From: Candidatus Hydrogenedentota bacterium
Lineage (GTDB): Bacteria; Hydrogenedentota; Hydrogenedentia; Hydrogenedentales; GCA-2746185
Length of the DNA: 47,385 nucleotides
Assembly: GCA_029937645.1 (NCBI GenBank)
Contig: JAPYPO010000001.1
Location: 1 to 47,385, forward strand
Direction of reading: 5' to 3'
The translations under genes were made by a program, and so were the position numbers. A model generated the notes under the pieces. It did not search any database. It saw only the letters and a program-made list of their open reading frames with translations, and had not been told where the DNA came from. Each line of letters opens with the position of its first letter. The first letter of the stretch is position 1. Below, one piece after another: positions 17,148-25,132 of the stretch.

Positions 17148-18050
17148 TTACAGCAGGCTGATCGTGGTGCGACGGTCCCCGGGTTCGCCGAGGGTCCACT
17201 CGTTTCCTGGGATGAGGGATCGGCTGGCGAAGGAGGTGTCGCTGAGGCCGCGGGTGTAGAGTTCGATGCGGTCCTCGTAGACTTCGATGTCGCGGTATTC
17301 AGTGGGGTATTCGGGAAGGGCGCCAGTGACGACGTGGGTGATGCCTTCGTCAACCGTAATGTAGTGCATATGCATGTGGCCTGAGAAGACGGCCTTCACT
17401 TGGGGATGGGCCTTCATGACGTGGATCAAATCGTCCGCGTTGTCCAACTCCCCCGAATCCTGGATACCGGGACGGCGCAAGCGATCCGGGATGGGCATGG
17501 CGGGGTAGTGGGTGGCGACGATGGTTGGTTTATCCGGGTTAGCCCGAAGGTCCTCGTCCAACCATTCCAGTTGATGCGGAGGAACGGCCCAGCGGGCACC
17601 CTTGAGGTCCGTCTGCATTTTTTCGGCGATGGCCCGTTCGCTGATTTCCGAGAGCGTGTCGTCTGACCACTTCCACCACGGGTCGAGCACGGCGAAGTGG
17701 AGGTTTTCGTGATCGAAGGAGTAGACGGTGCTCGCGGTGGGCAGTTGGGCGTGAAAGGCCTCAAGGAACCATTTGCGCGAGTCCTCCAGCACAAAATCGT
17801 GGTTGCCGCCCATGGGGTAGTAGGGGAATCCGAGGGAATCCATGAGATCGCGGGAGGCGAACATGGCGTCGCGCGTCTGCTGGCTGGAGATGTCGCCGGT
17901 GGCCAAGATGAACTCTGGCTTGATTCCCGCGAGATCCCTGCGCAGACAGCGCATCACATCAGGCATCATCGTACAGATGAAGCCGTTGTTCCAGACGCCA
18001 TCTGTCGTGCTGCCTAAGTGTGGATCAGTAACTTGAACAAATCGCCACAT
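17148..18050 (-). CDS. Calcineurin-like metallophosphoesterase (CpdA-like)
   Basis: Metallophosphoesterase motifs are present: 'VTDPHLG', 'GDISSQ', 'GGNHD' and 'SGHMHMH'. Confidence 0.85.
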   Translation of the reverse strand: MWRFVQVTDPHLGSTTDGVWNNGFICTMMPDVMRCLRRDLAGIKPEFILATGDISSQQTRDAMFASRDLMDSLGFPYYPMGGNHDFVLEDSRKWFLEAFHAQLPTASTVYSFDHENLHFAVLDPWWKWSDDTLSEISERAIAEKMQTDLKGARWAVPPHQLEWLDEDLRANPDKPTIVATHYPAMPIPDRLRRPGIQDSGELDNADDLIHVMKAHPQVKAVFSGHMHMHYITVDEGITHVVTGALPEYPTEYRDIEVYEDRIELYTRGLSDTSFASRSLIPGNEWTLGEPGDRRTTISLL

Positions 18051-18079
18051 TGCCTACCCTAAGATCCCCGTCCTGCCTT

Positions 18080-18088
18080 ACGATAGCA
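18080..18088 (-). promoter_or_regulatory. Extended -10-like element TGCTATCGT upstream of the metallophosphoesterase gene
   Basis: The reverse complement of ACGATAGCA lies about 30 nt upstream of the ATG at 18050. Confidence 0.35.
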
Positions 18089-18200
18089 TACAAGAAAAAC
18101 CGATGGCAATCGTTCGTCACAGGCCGCATCCCGCTCAATTCCGCCTAGGTACCGCCCTGGCCAACGGGATTTCGCCAGCGCTTACACGATAAAGCAATCC

Positions 18201-19886
18201 TTAGGCAATCCCCAATTTCTTCATCGAACGCCAGAGGGTCGTGCGGCCCACGCCCAACAGTTCGGCGGCCTTCGTCCTGTTGTTATGGGTACGGCTCAAC
18301 GTGGCGCGGATTACTTCTTCCGTCAGCGCCTGTGGCTGGCGCGTCCAACGCGATGCGAGAATCTCCTCAGGCAGATGGCGTGGTTCGAGGATTTCCCCGT
18401 TGGTCATGATGACGGCATGCTCGACCACGTTCCGCAACTGCCGCACATTTCCGGGCCACGCAGATTCCAAAAGTATCTGTCGAAAATCGGATGACATTTC
18501 GACCGACGGCCGATCGTGGAGCGTCTTGAATTCGGCTAGAAACGTTTCCGCAAGGCGGATGATGTCGGTTTCCCGTTCGCGCAGCGGCGGCAAGTCGATA
18601 CGCCCAATCGCGATGGCAAAATACAGATCCTCGCGCACGACTTTCTTCGCGACCGCTTTCGCTGGATCACGATCCAGGGCGGCGATTATTCGGACATTGG
18701 CTGCCTGCGGCTTGTCCGCGCCCAAAGGCGTGACCTGTTTCGTGGCGAGCGCGCGGGCCAGGTGTCCCTGCGCATCGAGGCTTACTTTGCTGAGGTCCGA
18801 TACGAATAACGTGCCGCCGTTCGCCCGCGCGAGTGCCCCCTTGTGGCCGGCGGCCGCTCCCGATACGGCACCTTCGGCATAGCCGAGCAATTCTTGCAGC
18901 AGCAATGCACCGGTCAGCCCTGCGCAATCCAACTCGACGAAGGGCTTACTCTTCCGCGCGCCGCCGTAATGGATCGACCGGGCCAGTGTGGCTTTGCCGG
19001 TGCCCGACTCGCCGGAGATCAGCACGGGCGCGCCGGTCTCCACGAGTTGCCTCGCGCGGTTGGCCACAGGCGCCATCGCGTCGGATCCGGCCACGACCGC
19101 CTCAAGCAGCAACTCGGAACGCATGCGGCGGTTTAAGCCGTTCAACGCCCCCTGGGCCTTGCGTGTTGCCATTCTCGAACGTTCGATCTGGTCGTCACGC
19201 TGCTTCAATTCTTGATCGAAAGAGGTCAGCGTGAGGGCGTCGCGTGCCCATGTGACATCGCGCGCCCATGCGGTGTCGTCCTCCCATTCGGAGTCGAACT
19301 TACTAATCAGACGGCATTTTTCCGCACCGAGACACTGGCATTCCGTCTCGATCGTAAGAACTTTACGGCCCAGAATTTCGCTGACGTGCCCGGCCAGATA
19401 GCCGGCGGTGCCCCAGCAGGAGCACGCCCCCGTATCCGCAAGGGTCATCCGGTGAATAAGCGCTTCGGCGCAGGCATCCAACACCACCTCTCGGTAAAGC
19501 GTTCGCGCATTCAAATCGAATTCGAACTTCACGGAATCAGCGATAAATTTGCCCTGGACTTGTCCGAATACCAGAGCGGCCTGGAGGGCCAATCGCGTAT
19601 TGTCATTGAAGGTTTTTAGGTGGCGGGCGCCATCCCGGCGCCCCTGCTCGAAACCAATCTTGTATTTCATTGCCCGGGCACGCTCAAGACCGAGAGCGCT
19701 CAGGAGGTTCCGTCGCTCGACCGCTAAGCTTTCAAGGTCCGTAAAGGACCCCGAACGTTCCATGAGCGTGACGCGGCCCCGTTTCGGGTTTCCGCTGAGC
19801 CATAGATTGCGTTCTGGCTCGATGTAATGGGCCAGCACGGGGGGAAGTTCGAGAAAAACTTTGGAGCTTAGTTTGGACGGGCGCAT
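18201..19886 (-). CDS. XylR/DmpR-type (XylR_N + V4R) NtrC-family AAA+ transcriptional regulator with C-terminal Fis-type HTH; non-canonical GAFTGA and Walker B
   Basis: It has an XylR_N-like N-terminus, a Cys-rich V4R-like segment 'GACSCWGTAGYLAGHVSEILGRKVLTIETECQCLGAEKCRL', Walker A 'GESGTGKAT', sensor II 'GNVRQLRN', and HTH 'KAAELLGVGRTTLWRSMKK'. Confidence 0.85.
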   Translation of the reverse strand: MRPSKLSSKVFLELPPVLAHYIEPERNLWLSGNPKRGRVTLMERSGSFTDLESLAVERRNLLSALGLERARAMKYKIGFEQGRRDGARHLKTFNDNTRLALQAALVFGQVQGKFIADSVKFEFDLNARTLYREVVLDACAEALIHRMTLADTGACSCWGTAGYLAGHVSEILGRKVLTIETECQCLGAEKCRLISKFDSEWEDDTAWARDVTWARDALTLTSFDQELKQRDDQIERSRMATRKAQGALNGLNRRMRSELLLEAVVAGSDAMAPVANRARQLVETGAPVLISGESGTGKATLARSIHYGGARKSKPFVELDCAGLTGALLLQELLGYAEGAVSGAAAGHKGALARANGGTLFVSDLSKVSLDAQGHLARALATKQVTPLGADKPQAANVRIIAALDRDPAKAVAKKVVREDLYFAIAIGRIDLPPLRERETDIIRLAETFLAEFKTLHDRPSVEMSSDFRQILLESAWPGNVRQLRNVVEHAVIMTNGEILEPRHLPEEILASRWTRQPQALTEEVIRATLSRTHNNRTKAAELLGVGRTTLWRSMKKLGIA

Positions 19887-19918
19887 CGGCTCCGATCTCC
19901 GGTGTAAAACGACGGCGA

Positions 19919-19947
19919 AGCGTACATAGATTCGGAGTTCTTGTCAA
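19919..19947 (-). promoter_or_regulatory. Candidate sigma70-type promoter TTGACA-N17-TACGCT for the regulator gene
   Basis: The reverse complement reads TTGACAagaactccgaatctatgTACGCT. It lies about 30 nt upstream of the ATG at 19886, with GGAG between them. Confidence 0.4.
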
Positions 19948-19973
19948 GCATTCGGCGAGGGGTTATTTTTTTC

Positions 19974-20837
19974 TCAAGCGCTTGCCTGCCGGACCGGCCG
20001 CTGTTTATCGCGACGCCGGAGATAAAAGAACAACGCGATGCCGAATCCCGCGACGATGATCCCGATGATTTGCTGGTCGGATAGATTGAGGATGCGCACC
20101 GGATTGTGATCGCCACGATACTCCTCGATGATAAACCGATAGACGCCGTAGGCAACGAGGTAGGACGGCATGAGGAATCCGGAAAACGGGTTCCAGTACC
20201 TTCGCAGGAAAATGAGGAGGCCACAAATCGTTAGGAGTCCGAGCGTGCTATACAGTTGGGTAGGGTGAATGGGAAGCGACCAATGGTCGTGGAGCGTTAC
20301 CGCCTCGAATCGCCGAAGATGTTCCAAATAGGCGTCGCTGCCGGTGGCGGGCTGAGTGATGTCCCACGGAACGCGCCGCGCCGGGATGCCCCAGGGCACG
20401 GTCGTGGGCGCACCGTAGCAGCAGCCTTTGAGAAAACAGCCTATTCGCCCGATGCCATGTCCTAGGGCCACATAGGGAAAGACGATGTCGCAGGCCTTCC
20501 AGAAATCGACCTTGCGCTTCTTGAAGTAGAAGTAGAGGTAGGCAATGACAACCGGAGGACCGCCCTGAAAAACGAGCCCGCCGCGCCACACCGCGATCCA
20601 GCCGACGGGATCGGTAAAGGAATAGAACTCGGGAAACATGATGATATGGAGAACGCGTGTGGCGGCGAGGCCTAGAAACAGCGCAGGGAACGCCGCGTCG
20701 CCGAACACGGCGGGGTCCAATCCCACACGTTTTGCTTCGCGCTGGATGAAGAAAAGCGCCGTGAGAAATCCAATGGCGATCATCAGGCCATAGGAATTGA
20801 CGGGCACGGGCCCGATATTAAACAGTATCGGCCACAT
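19974..20837 (-). CDS. lgt: Prolipoprotein diacylglyceryl transferase
   Basis: 'MWPILFNIGPVPVNSYGLMIAIGFL' and 'GRIGCFLKGCCYG' match the Lgt signature, and the protein is polytopic. It overlaps the lspA stop by 20 nt. Confidence 0.93.
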   Translation of the reverse strand: MWPILFNIGPVPVNSYGLMIAIGFLTALFFIQREAKRVGLDPAVFGDAAFPALFLGLAATRVLHIIMFPEFYSFTDPVGWIAVWRGGLVFQGGPPVVIAYLYFYFKKRKVDFWKACDIVFPYVALGHGIGRIGCFLKGCCYGAPTTVPWGIPARRVPWDITQPATGSDAYLEHLRRFEAVTLHDHWSLPIHPTQLYSTLGLLTICGLLIFLRRYWNPFSGFLMPSYLVAYGVYRFIIEEYRGDHNPVRILNLSDQQIIGIIVAGFGIALFFYLRRRDKQRPVRQASA

Positions 20838-21327
20838 TCTCTTCAGGGGGACTGGCGTTCCAGCTTAGCACGAGGATAAAGACTCCTACACAGATGGCGG
20901 AATCGGCAATGTTAAAGGCCGGATAATATTTCCAGGGAAAGTCAAAGGGAATAAAGAAAAAATAGAATTGGAGGAAATCAGTTACGGCTCCGTGCATGAC
21001 GCGGTCGATGATGTTGCCGATCGCCCCGCCAAAGACCATGCCGAAGGCCAGCGGTTGCAGGCGCGATCGAGGATCCAAATGGCGAAACAGGTAAAGGAGC
21101 ACCAGCGTGGCAAACACGGGCGCCCCATAGGTAACGATCTTGAAGTCGCTAAACATTCCGCCCACGAGTCCTTCGTTTCGCTGGTGCGTGAAATGGAAAA
21201 ACACGTCGCGACCGGCCATGCCTGACGTCAGCGTACGGCGCACGATCACCTTGGTGATTTGATCGGCGATCAGCACGACGAAAAACGCAGCCGAGGCCCA
21301 TTGAATCTGAAGCTTGCGTGACATCAC
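20818..21327 (-). CDS. lspA: Lipoprotein signal peptidase (signal peptidase II)
   Basis: The 169-aa protein has 4 TM segments and the motifs 'GGAIGNIIDR' and 'FNIADSAICVG'. It sits in the classic position downstream of ileS. Confidence 0.92.
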   Translation of the reverse strand: MMSRKLQIQWASAAFFVVLIADQITKVIVRRTLTSGMAGRDVFFHFTHQRNEGLVGGMFSDFKIVTYGAPVFATLVLLYLFRHLDPRSRLQPLAFGMVFGGAIGNIIDRVMHGAVTDFLQFYFFFIPFDFPWKYYPAFNIADSAICVGVFILVLSWNASPPEENVADTV

Positions 21328-21403
21328 AGCGATAGGCGCAACGCGCCAGGGGGGTTGGGTGCGGTTGGCTGAGAACGCGTAAAATCAGGCACGGGAGCGC
21401 CCC

Positions 21404-21772
21404 TCAGAGGACTCCATCCTTTTCGAGCTTCGATTGACAGGTGATACAGTAGCGGGCGGAAGGGAAAACTTCCAGGCGTTTCACGGGAATGTCCGATTCA
21501 CAACTTTCGCAGTTGCCATAGGTGGCCTTGTTGATCCGGTCCAGCGCGTCCGAAATCTCGTGGAGCCAATCGGATTCGCCGCTGGCCACACGAAGCGCCG
21601 TGTCCCGTTCGTTGTTATCGGTGCCCGTCTCGGCAAAACTGGTGAGATCGCCCCCGGATTCGCGTTCCGTATTTTCCAAGGTATTCTGTTCGATCTTTCG
21701 GATTCCCTGACTCAAATGGCCTTGTTCATCGAGGAGCAACTTCTGGTATTTCTTCATTTCACGCTTAGTCAT
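21404..21772 (-). CDS. DksA/TraR family C4-type zinc-finger protein
   Basis: A C-terminal '[26 protein letters not shown]' four-Cys finger follows an acidic coiled-coil-like N-terminus. It overlaps the ileS stop by 8 nt. Confidence 0.85.
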   Translation of the reverse strand: MTKREMKKYQKLLLDEQGHLSQGIRKIEQNTLENTERESGGDLTSFAETGTDNNERDTALRVASGESDWLHEISDALDRINKATYGNCESCESDIPVKRLEVFPSARYCITCQSKLEKDGVL

Positions 21773-24566
21773 TCAAGGGCTCTCCTACTTCGAGTTGCGA
21801 TGCGCAACGTTCACAAATTTCGGGATGATCGGGGACGCTGCCGACGGACGAACGGACGTTCCAGCATCGGACGCATTTTTCGCCCGTCGCTTTTCCCACG
21901 TCCACGAGCAACAACCCATCGCTCGCGGCGGCCGCGTTGGATGGGGCAAGCAGTTGGCATTCAGATACGATGAATATCGAAGGCAACTGGTCTTCCCGCT
22001 CTTTTAGAATGGCCTCGACGGCCGCGTTGCCGGGTGTAAGCGTAATCCCCGCCTGCAGCGAGGATCCGATGGTCTTCGCCCGCCGCGCCTCTTCCAATTC
22101 TTTCGAGACGATTCCGCGCATACGCAATAACTCGTTCCACGCCTCCAGGGTATTTCCGGCCATGATGTGCTCGGGCCGTTCCGGGGGAAACAGAGTCAGG
22201 TGTACGCTGTCTTCGCTCTGCAAATACGCGGGAAGGTGGCGCCACGCCTCGTCGCAGGTGTGCGGCAAGATGGGCGCAAAAAGCTGGAGCAGGTCTCGCA
22301 GGATGATGCTGAGCGCCGTCTGGCCGCTACGCCGCTCGCGTGATTTCGGCGCGAAGGTGTAGAGCCGGTCTTTCAACACATCGAAGTAGAACGCGCTGAG
22401 CTCGGTATTGCAAAAGTCATGTACGCCGTGGAAGGCCTTGTGGAATTCGAAGTCTTCATACGCCTTCAGAACGCGCACACGCAGTTCCTGAATCTTGTAG
22501 AGCGCCCAGCGATCCACTTCTTCCAGCTCGGCATAGGGCACGGCGTCTTCCGGGCCGAAATCGGTCAGATTGTTCAACGGAAAGCGGAAGGTGTTGCGCA
22601 GTTTCTTGTAGGCGTCTTGCATCCGCGTCAGGATCTCGTCCGACAAGCGGATGTCTTGCCGATAATTCTCACTCGCGACCCAGAGGCGGAGGACATCGCC
22701 GCCGTAGCGCTTGAGCATGTCCGGCAGATCACGGAAATTGCCCAGTTTCTTCGAGAGTTTCTTGCCGTCGCCATCGACCACGTAGCCGTGCGTCACAACG
22801 GTCTTGTAGGGGGGCTCGCCCTTCAGGGCGATGGCGGGCAAAATCGAGGATTGAAACCAACCGCGGTGCTGGTCGCTGCCTTCCAAATACATATCGGCGG
22901 GCCACGTCAGGGTATCGCGTGCTTCGCACACCGCCACGTTGCTACACCCCGAATCGAACCACACATCGAGAATGTCGGTTTCCTTTTCGAAGGTCCCATG
23001 ACCGCAGTGCGCGCAGACCGCGCCTTCGGGCACAAATTTCGACGCGGCCGTGTCAAACCAGCGATCGATGCCGTCCGCGGCCGAAAGGGCGATTTCTTCC
23101 ACCCGTTTAAAAGATTCGGGCGTCGCATAGACCTCGCTGCATTCCGCACAATACAACACGGGAATGGGGACTCCCCACGACCGTTGGCGGCTGATGCACC
23201 AGTCGGGACGCTGGTCGATCATGGATCGGATGCGCTCTCGGCCCCATTCGGGGACGAATGTCACGCTATCCACGCTCGCAACGGCTTTTTCCCGCAGGTC
23301 GTTTACGCTCATGGAAATGAACCATTGGGGCGTGGCGCGAAAGATGATCGGGGTCGAGCAGCGCCAACAATGGGGATAGCTATGGCTGATTTCGTCGTCG
23401 TGAAACATCGCACCGCTGGCACGGAGGTCTTCTACAATTCGGGGGTTCGCCTTGAAAACATGTTCGCCTTCGTAGGGGCCGGCCTCTTCGGTAAACACGC
23501 CATTGTCCGCGACGGGCGATAGCGGCTCAATGCCGTATTGTGCGCCGACGACATAGTCGTCCTGGCCGTGGCCTGGGGCCGTGTGTACGCAGCCGGTTCC
23601 GGCTTCGAGCGTCACATGGTTGCCCAGTATGATCGGGCAAATTCTTTCCGGGAAAAATACGTGCTTGTAATGAAGGCCCTCAAGATCCTTGCCCTCGAAT
23701 TTCTTGACGACTTCCGAATCGTCAATTCCCGCAGCCTCGAGAACGGCGGGCGCAAGCTGGCTGGCCATGATGAGCGTTTCGCCGCCAACCCGAATTGCGC
23801 TGTATTCGAAGTCGGGGTTGAGGGATATGGCAAGATTCGCGGGAAGCGTCCAGGGCGTCGTCGTCCAGATAAGGAAGGACACCTTGCCCTCGACGCCCGG
23901 AATCGGATCCACCGCCTCAAATTTCACATAGATGCTGGGCGAACGGTGATCGCCGTACTCCACCTCCGCCTCAGCGAGGGCGGTTTGGCACTTGGTGCAC
24001 CAGTGGATCGGCTTTAGACCTTTATAGATGGAGCCGTTTTCGTACATGCCCGCGAAGACCCGGATGATCGTGGCGACGTACTTCGGGTTCAACGTGAGAT
24101 ACGGATTGTCCCACTCGCCCGTGACGAAAAGCCGCTTGAAGCCTTCGCGGTGAATATCCACAAACCCAAGCGCAAATTCACGGCAACGTCGGCGGATTTC
24201 GACCTGGCTCATGGACTTGGCCTTGCCGCCCAAGTCGCCGATTACTTTGTATTCGATGGGAAGCCCGTGGCAGTCCCAACCCGGCACGTAGGGCGCGTCG
24301 AACCCGGCCATCTGCTTTGACTTGACCACCAGATCTTTTAGCGTCTTGTTCAGCGCGGTACCCGAATGAAGTTGCCCATTCGCATAAGGAGGCCCGTCGT
24401 GCAGCACATACTTGGGTCGCCCTTCGGCCGCCACCCTCATACGCCCGTAGAGATCGGTTTCGTCCCAACGCGCAACCGTTTCCTCCTCACGCTGTGCCAA
24501 GTTGGCCCGCATGGGAAACTTGGATTGGTGAAGGTTTACAGTTGATTTGTAGTCAATTACACCCAT
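21765..24566 (-). CDS. ileS: Isoleucine--tRNA ligase (type 1, with C-terminal Zn finger)
   Basis: It has the HIGH-region '[16 protein letters not shown]', the KMSKS-type 'KLSKKLGN', the editing domain, and C-terminal 'CVRCWN...CERC'. Length is 933 aa. Confidence 0.97.
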   Translation of the reverse strand: MGVIDYKSTVNLHQSKFPMRANLAQREEETVARWDETDLYGRMRVAAEGRPKYVLHDGPPYANGQLHSGTALNKTLKDLVVKSKQMAGFDAPYVPGWDCHGLPIEYKVIGDLGGKAKSMSQVEIRRRCREFALGFVDIHREGFKRLFVTGEWDNPYLTLNPKYVATIIRVFAGMYENGSIYKGLKPIHWCTKCQTALAEAEVEYGDHRSPSIYVKFEAVDPIPGVEGKVSFLIWTTTPWTLPANLAISLNPDFEYSAIRVGGETLIMASQLAPAVLEAAGIDDSEVVKKFEGKDLEGLHYKHVFFPERICPIILGNHVTLEAGTGCVHTAPGHGQDDYVVGAQYGIEPLSPVADNGVFTEEAGPYEGEHVFKANPRIVEDLRASGAMFHDDEISHSYPHCWRCSTPIIFRATPQWFISMSVNDLREKAVASVDSVTFVPEWGRERIRSMIDQRPDWCISRQRSWGVPIPVLYCAECSEVYATPESFKRVEEIALSAADGIDRWFDTAASKFVPEGAVCAHCGHGTFEKETDILDVWFDSGCSNVAVCEARDTLTWPADMYLEGSDQHRGWFQSSILPAIALKGEPPYKTVVTHGYVVDGDGKKLSKKLGNFRDLPDMLKRYGGDVLRLWVASENYRQDIRLSDEILTRMQDAYKKLRNTFRFPLNNLTDFGPEDAVPYAELEEVDRWALYKIQELRVRVLKAYEDFEFHKAFHGVHDFCNTELSAFYFDVLKDRLYTFAPKSRERRSGQTALSIILRDLLQLFAPILPHTCDEAWRHLPAYLQSEDSVHLTLFPPERPEHIMAGNTLEAWNELLRMRGIVSKELEEARRAKTIGSSLQAGITLTPGNAAVEAILKEREDQLPSIFIVSECQLLAPSNAAAASDGLLLVDVGKATGEKCVRCWNVRSSVGSVPDHPEICERCASQLEVGEPLND

Positions 24567-24624
24567 GGATTCCTATACTTTCAAGCCGCTAAAAACGCGG
24601 AATGGCCGCTGGGGAGAACGCGAA

Positions 24625-24654
24625 AAGATATCACGCCCCCTCCCGCGAAGTCAA
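24625..24654 (-). promoter_or_regulatory. Candidate ileS promoter TTGACT-N18-(TGa)TATCTT
   Basis: The reverse complement reads TTGACTtcgcgggagggggcgTGATATCTT. It lies about 60 nt upstream of the ATG at 24566. Confidence 0.4.
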
Positions 24655-24828
24655 CGTATCTGTATATCCGTATCCTTGAATCTAGCGCTCCTTCAGCCTG
24701 CAGGACGCCCGGCCCGCCTTCGCACCTTTCAACCCCTTTATGTATACTTTGACGAGCAGGCTGTGGAAATTAACGAAGTGACTGACGCGGGAGTCCTAGC
24801 GGTGATACTCGATGAAAACGAACGTCCC

Positions 24829-25050
24829 ATGGTGCCCATTCACGAATGCTGGAGCGACTCCGAAGGCGCAATCGTCGTCTCCGTCCTCCGCGAACAAGGG
24901 GTCGAGGCGCGACTGAACTCTGAAGTGCCGCACACCGTCATGCCCCTCACCACCGCCGGCCTAGGCAAGGTCGAAGTGCTCGTCAGCGAGGACGACGCAG
25001 AACGCGCGCGTGAGATCCTGCAAGAATACGAAGGGGCAAGCGAGGGGTAG
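24829..25050 (+). CDS. DUF2007-like small protein (putative signal-transducing protein fold)
   Basis: 'IHECWSDSEGAIVVSVLREQGVEARL...VEVLVSEDDAERAREIL' matches the DUF2007 pattern. The start is uncertain: GTG codons at 24760 and 24778 are possible. The track ORF start at 24565 overlaps the ileS promoter region and is unlikely. Confidence 0.55.
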   Translation: MVPIHECWSDSEGAIVVSVLREQGVEARLNSEVPHTVMPLTTAGLGKVEVLVSEDDAERAREILQEYEGASEG

Positions 25051-25132
25051 CCAAGGGAGAAGTGGATCAGTCCGAATTTACCCGATTCTTCCGGCGCTAC
25101 GCGCGACCCGTGGAATAGCGGATTCTCCGCGA

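Noticed and set aside
18051-18200. Search for a sigma54 -24/-12 promoter (TGGCAC-N5-TTGC) between the bEBP-like regulator and the phosphoesterase gene, and in the transporter leaders
   Set aside because: The best candidates lack the invariant GG or have wrong spacing, for example cTGTGACgaacgaTTGC on the minus strand and TGGTAGgctgtccTGC near 6694. I do not report a sigma54 promoter.
22419-23522. 367-aa ORF antisense to ileS
   Set aside because: It lies entirely within ileS on the opposite strand. It is low-complexity with no recognisable family.
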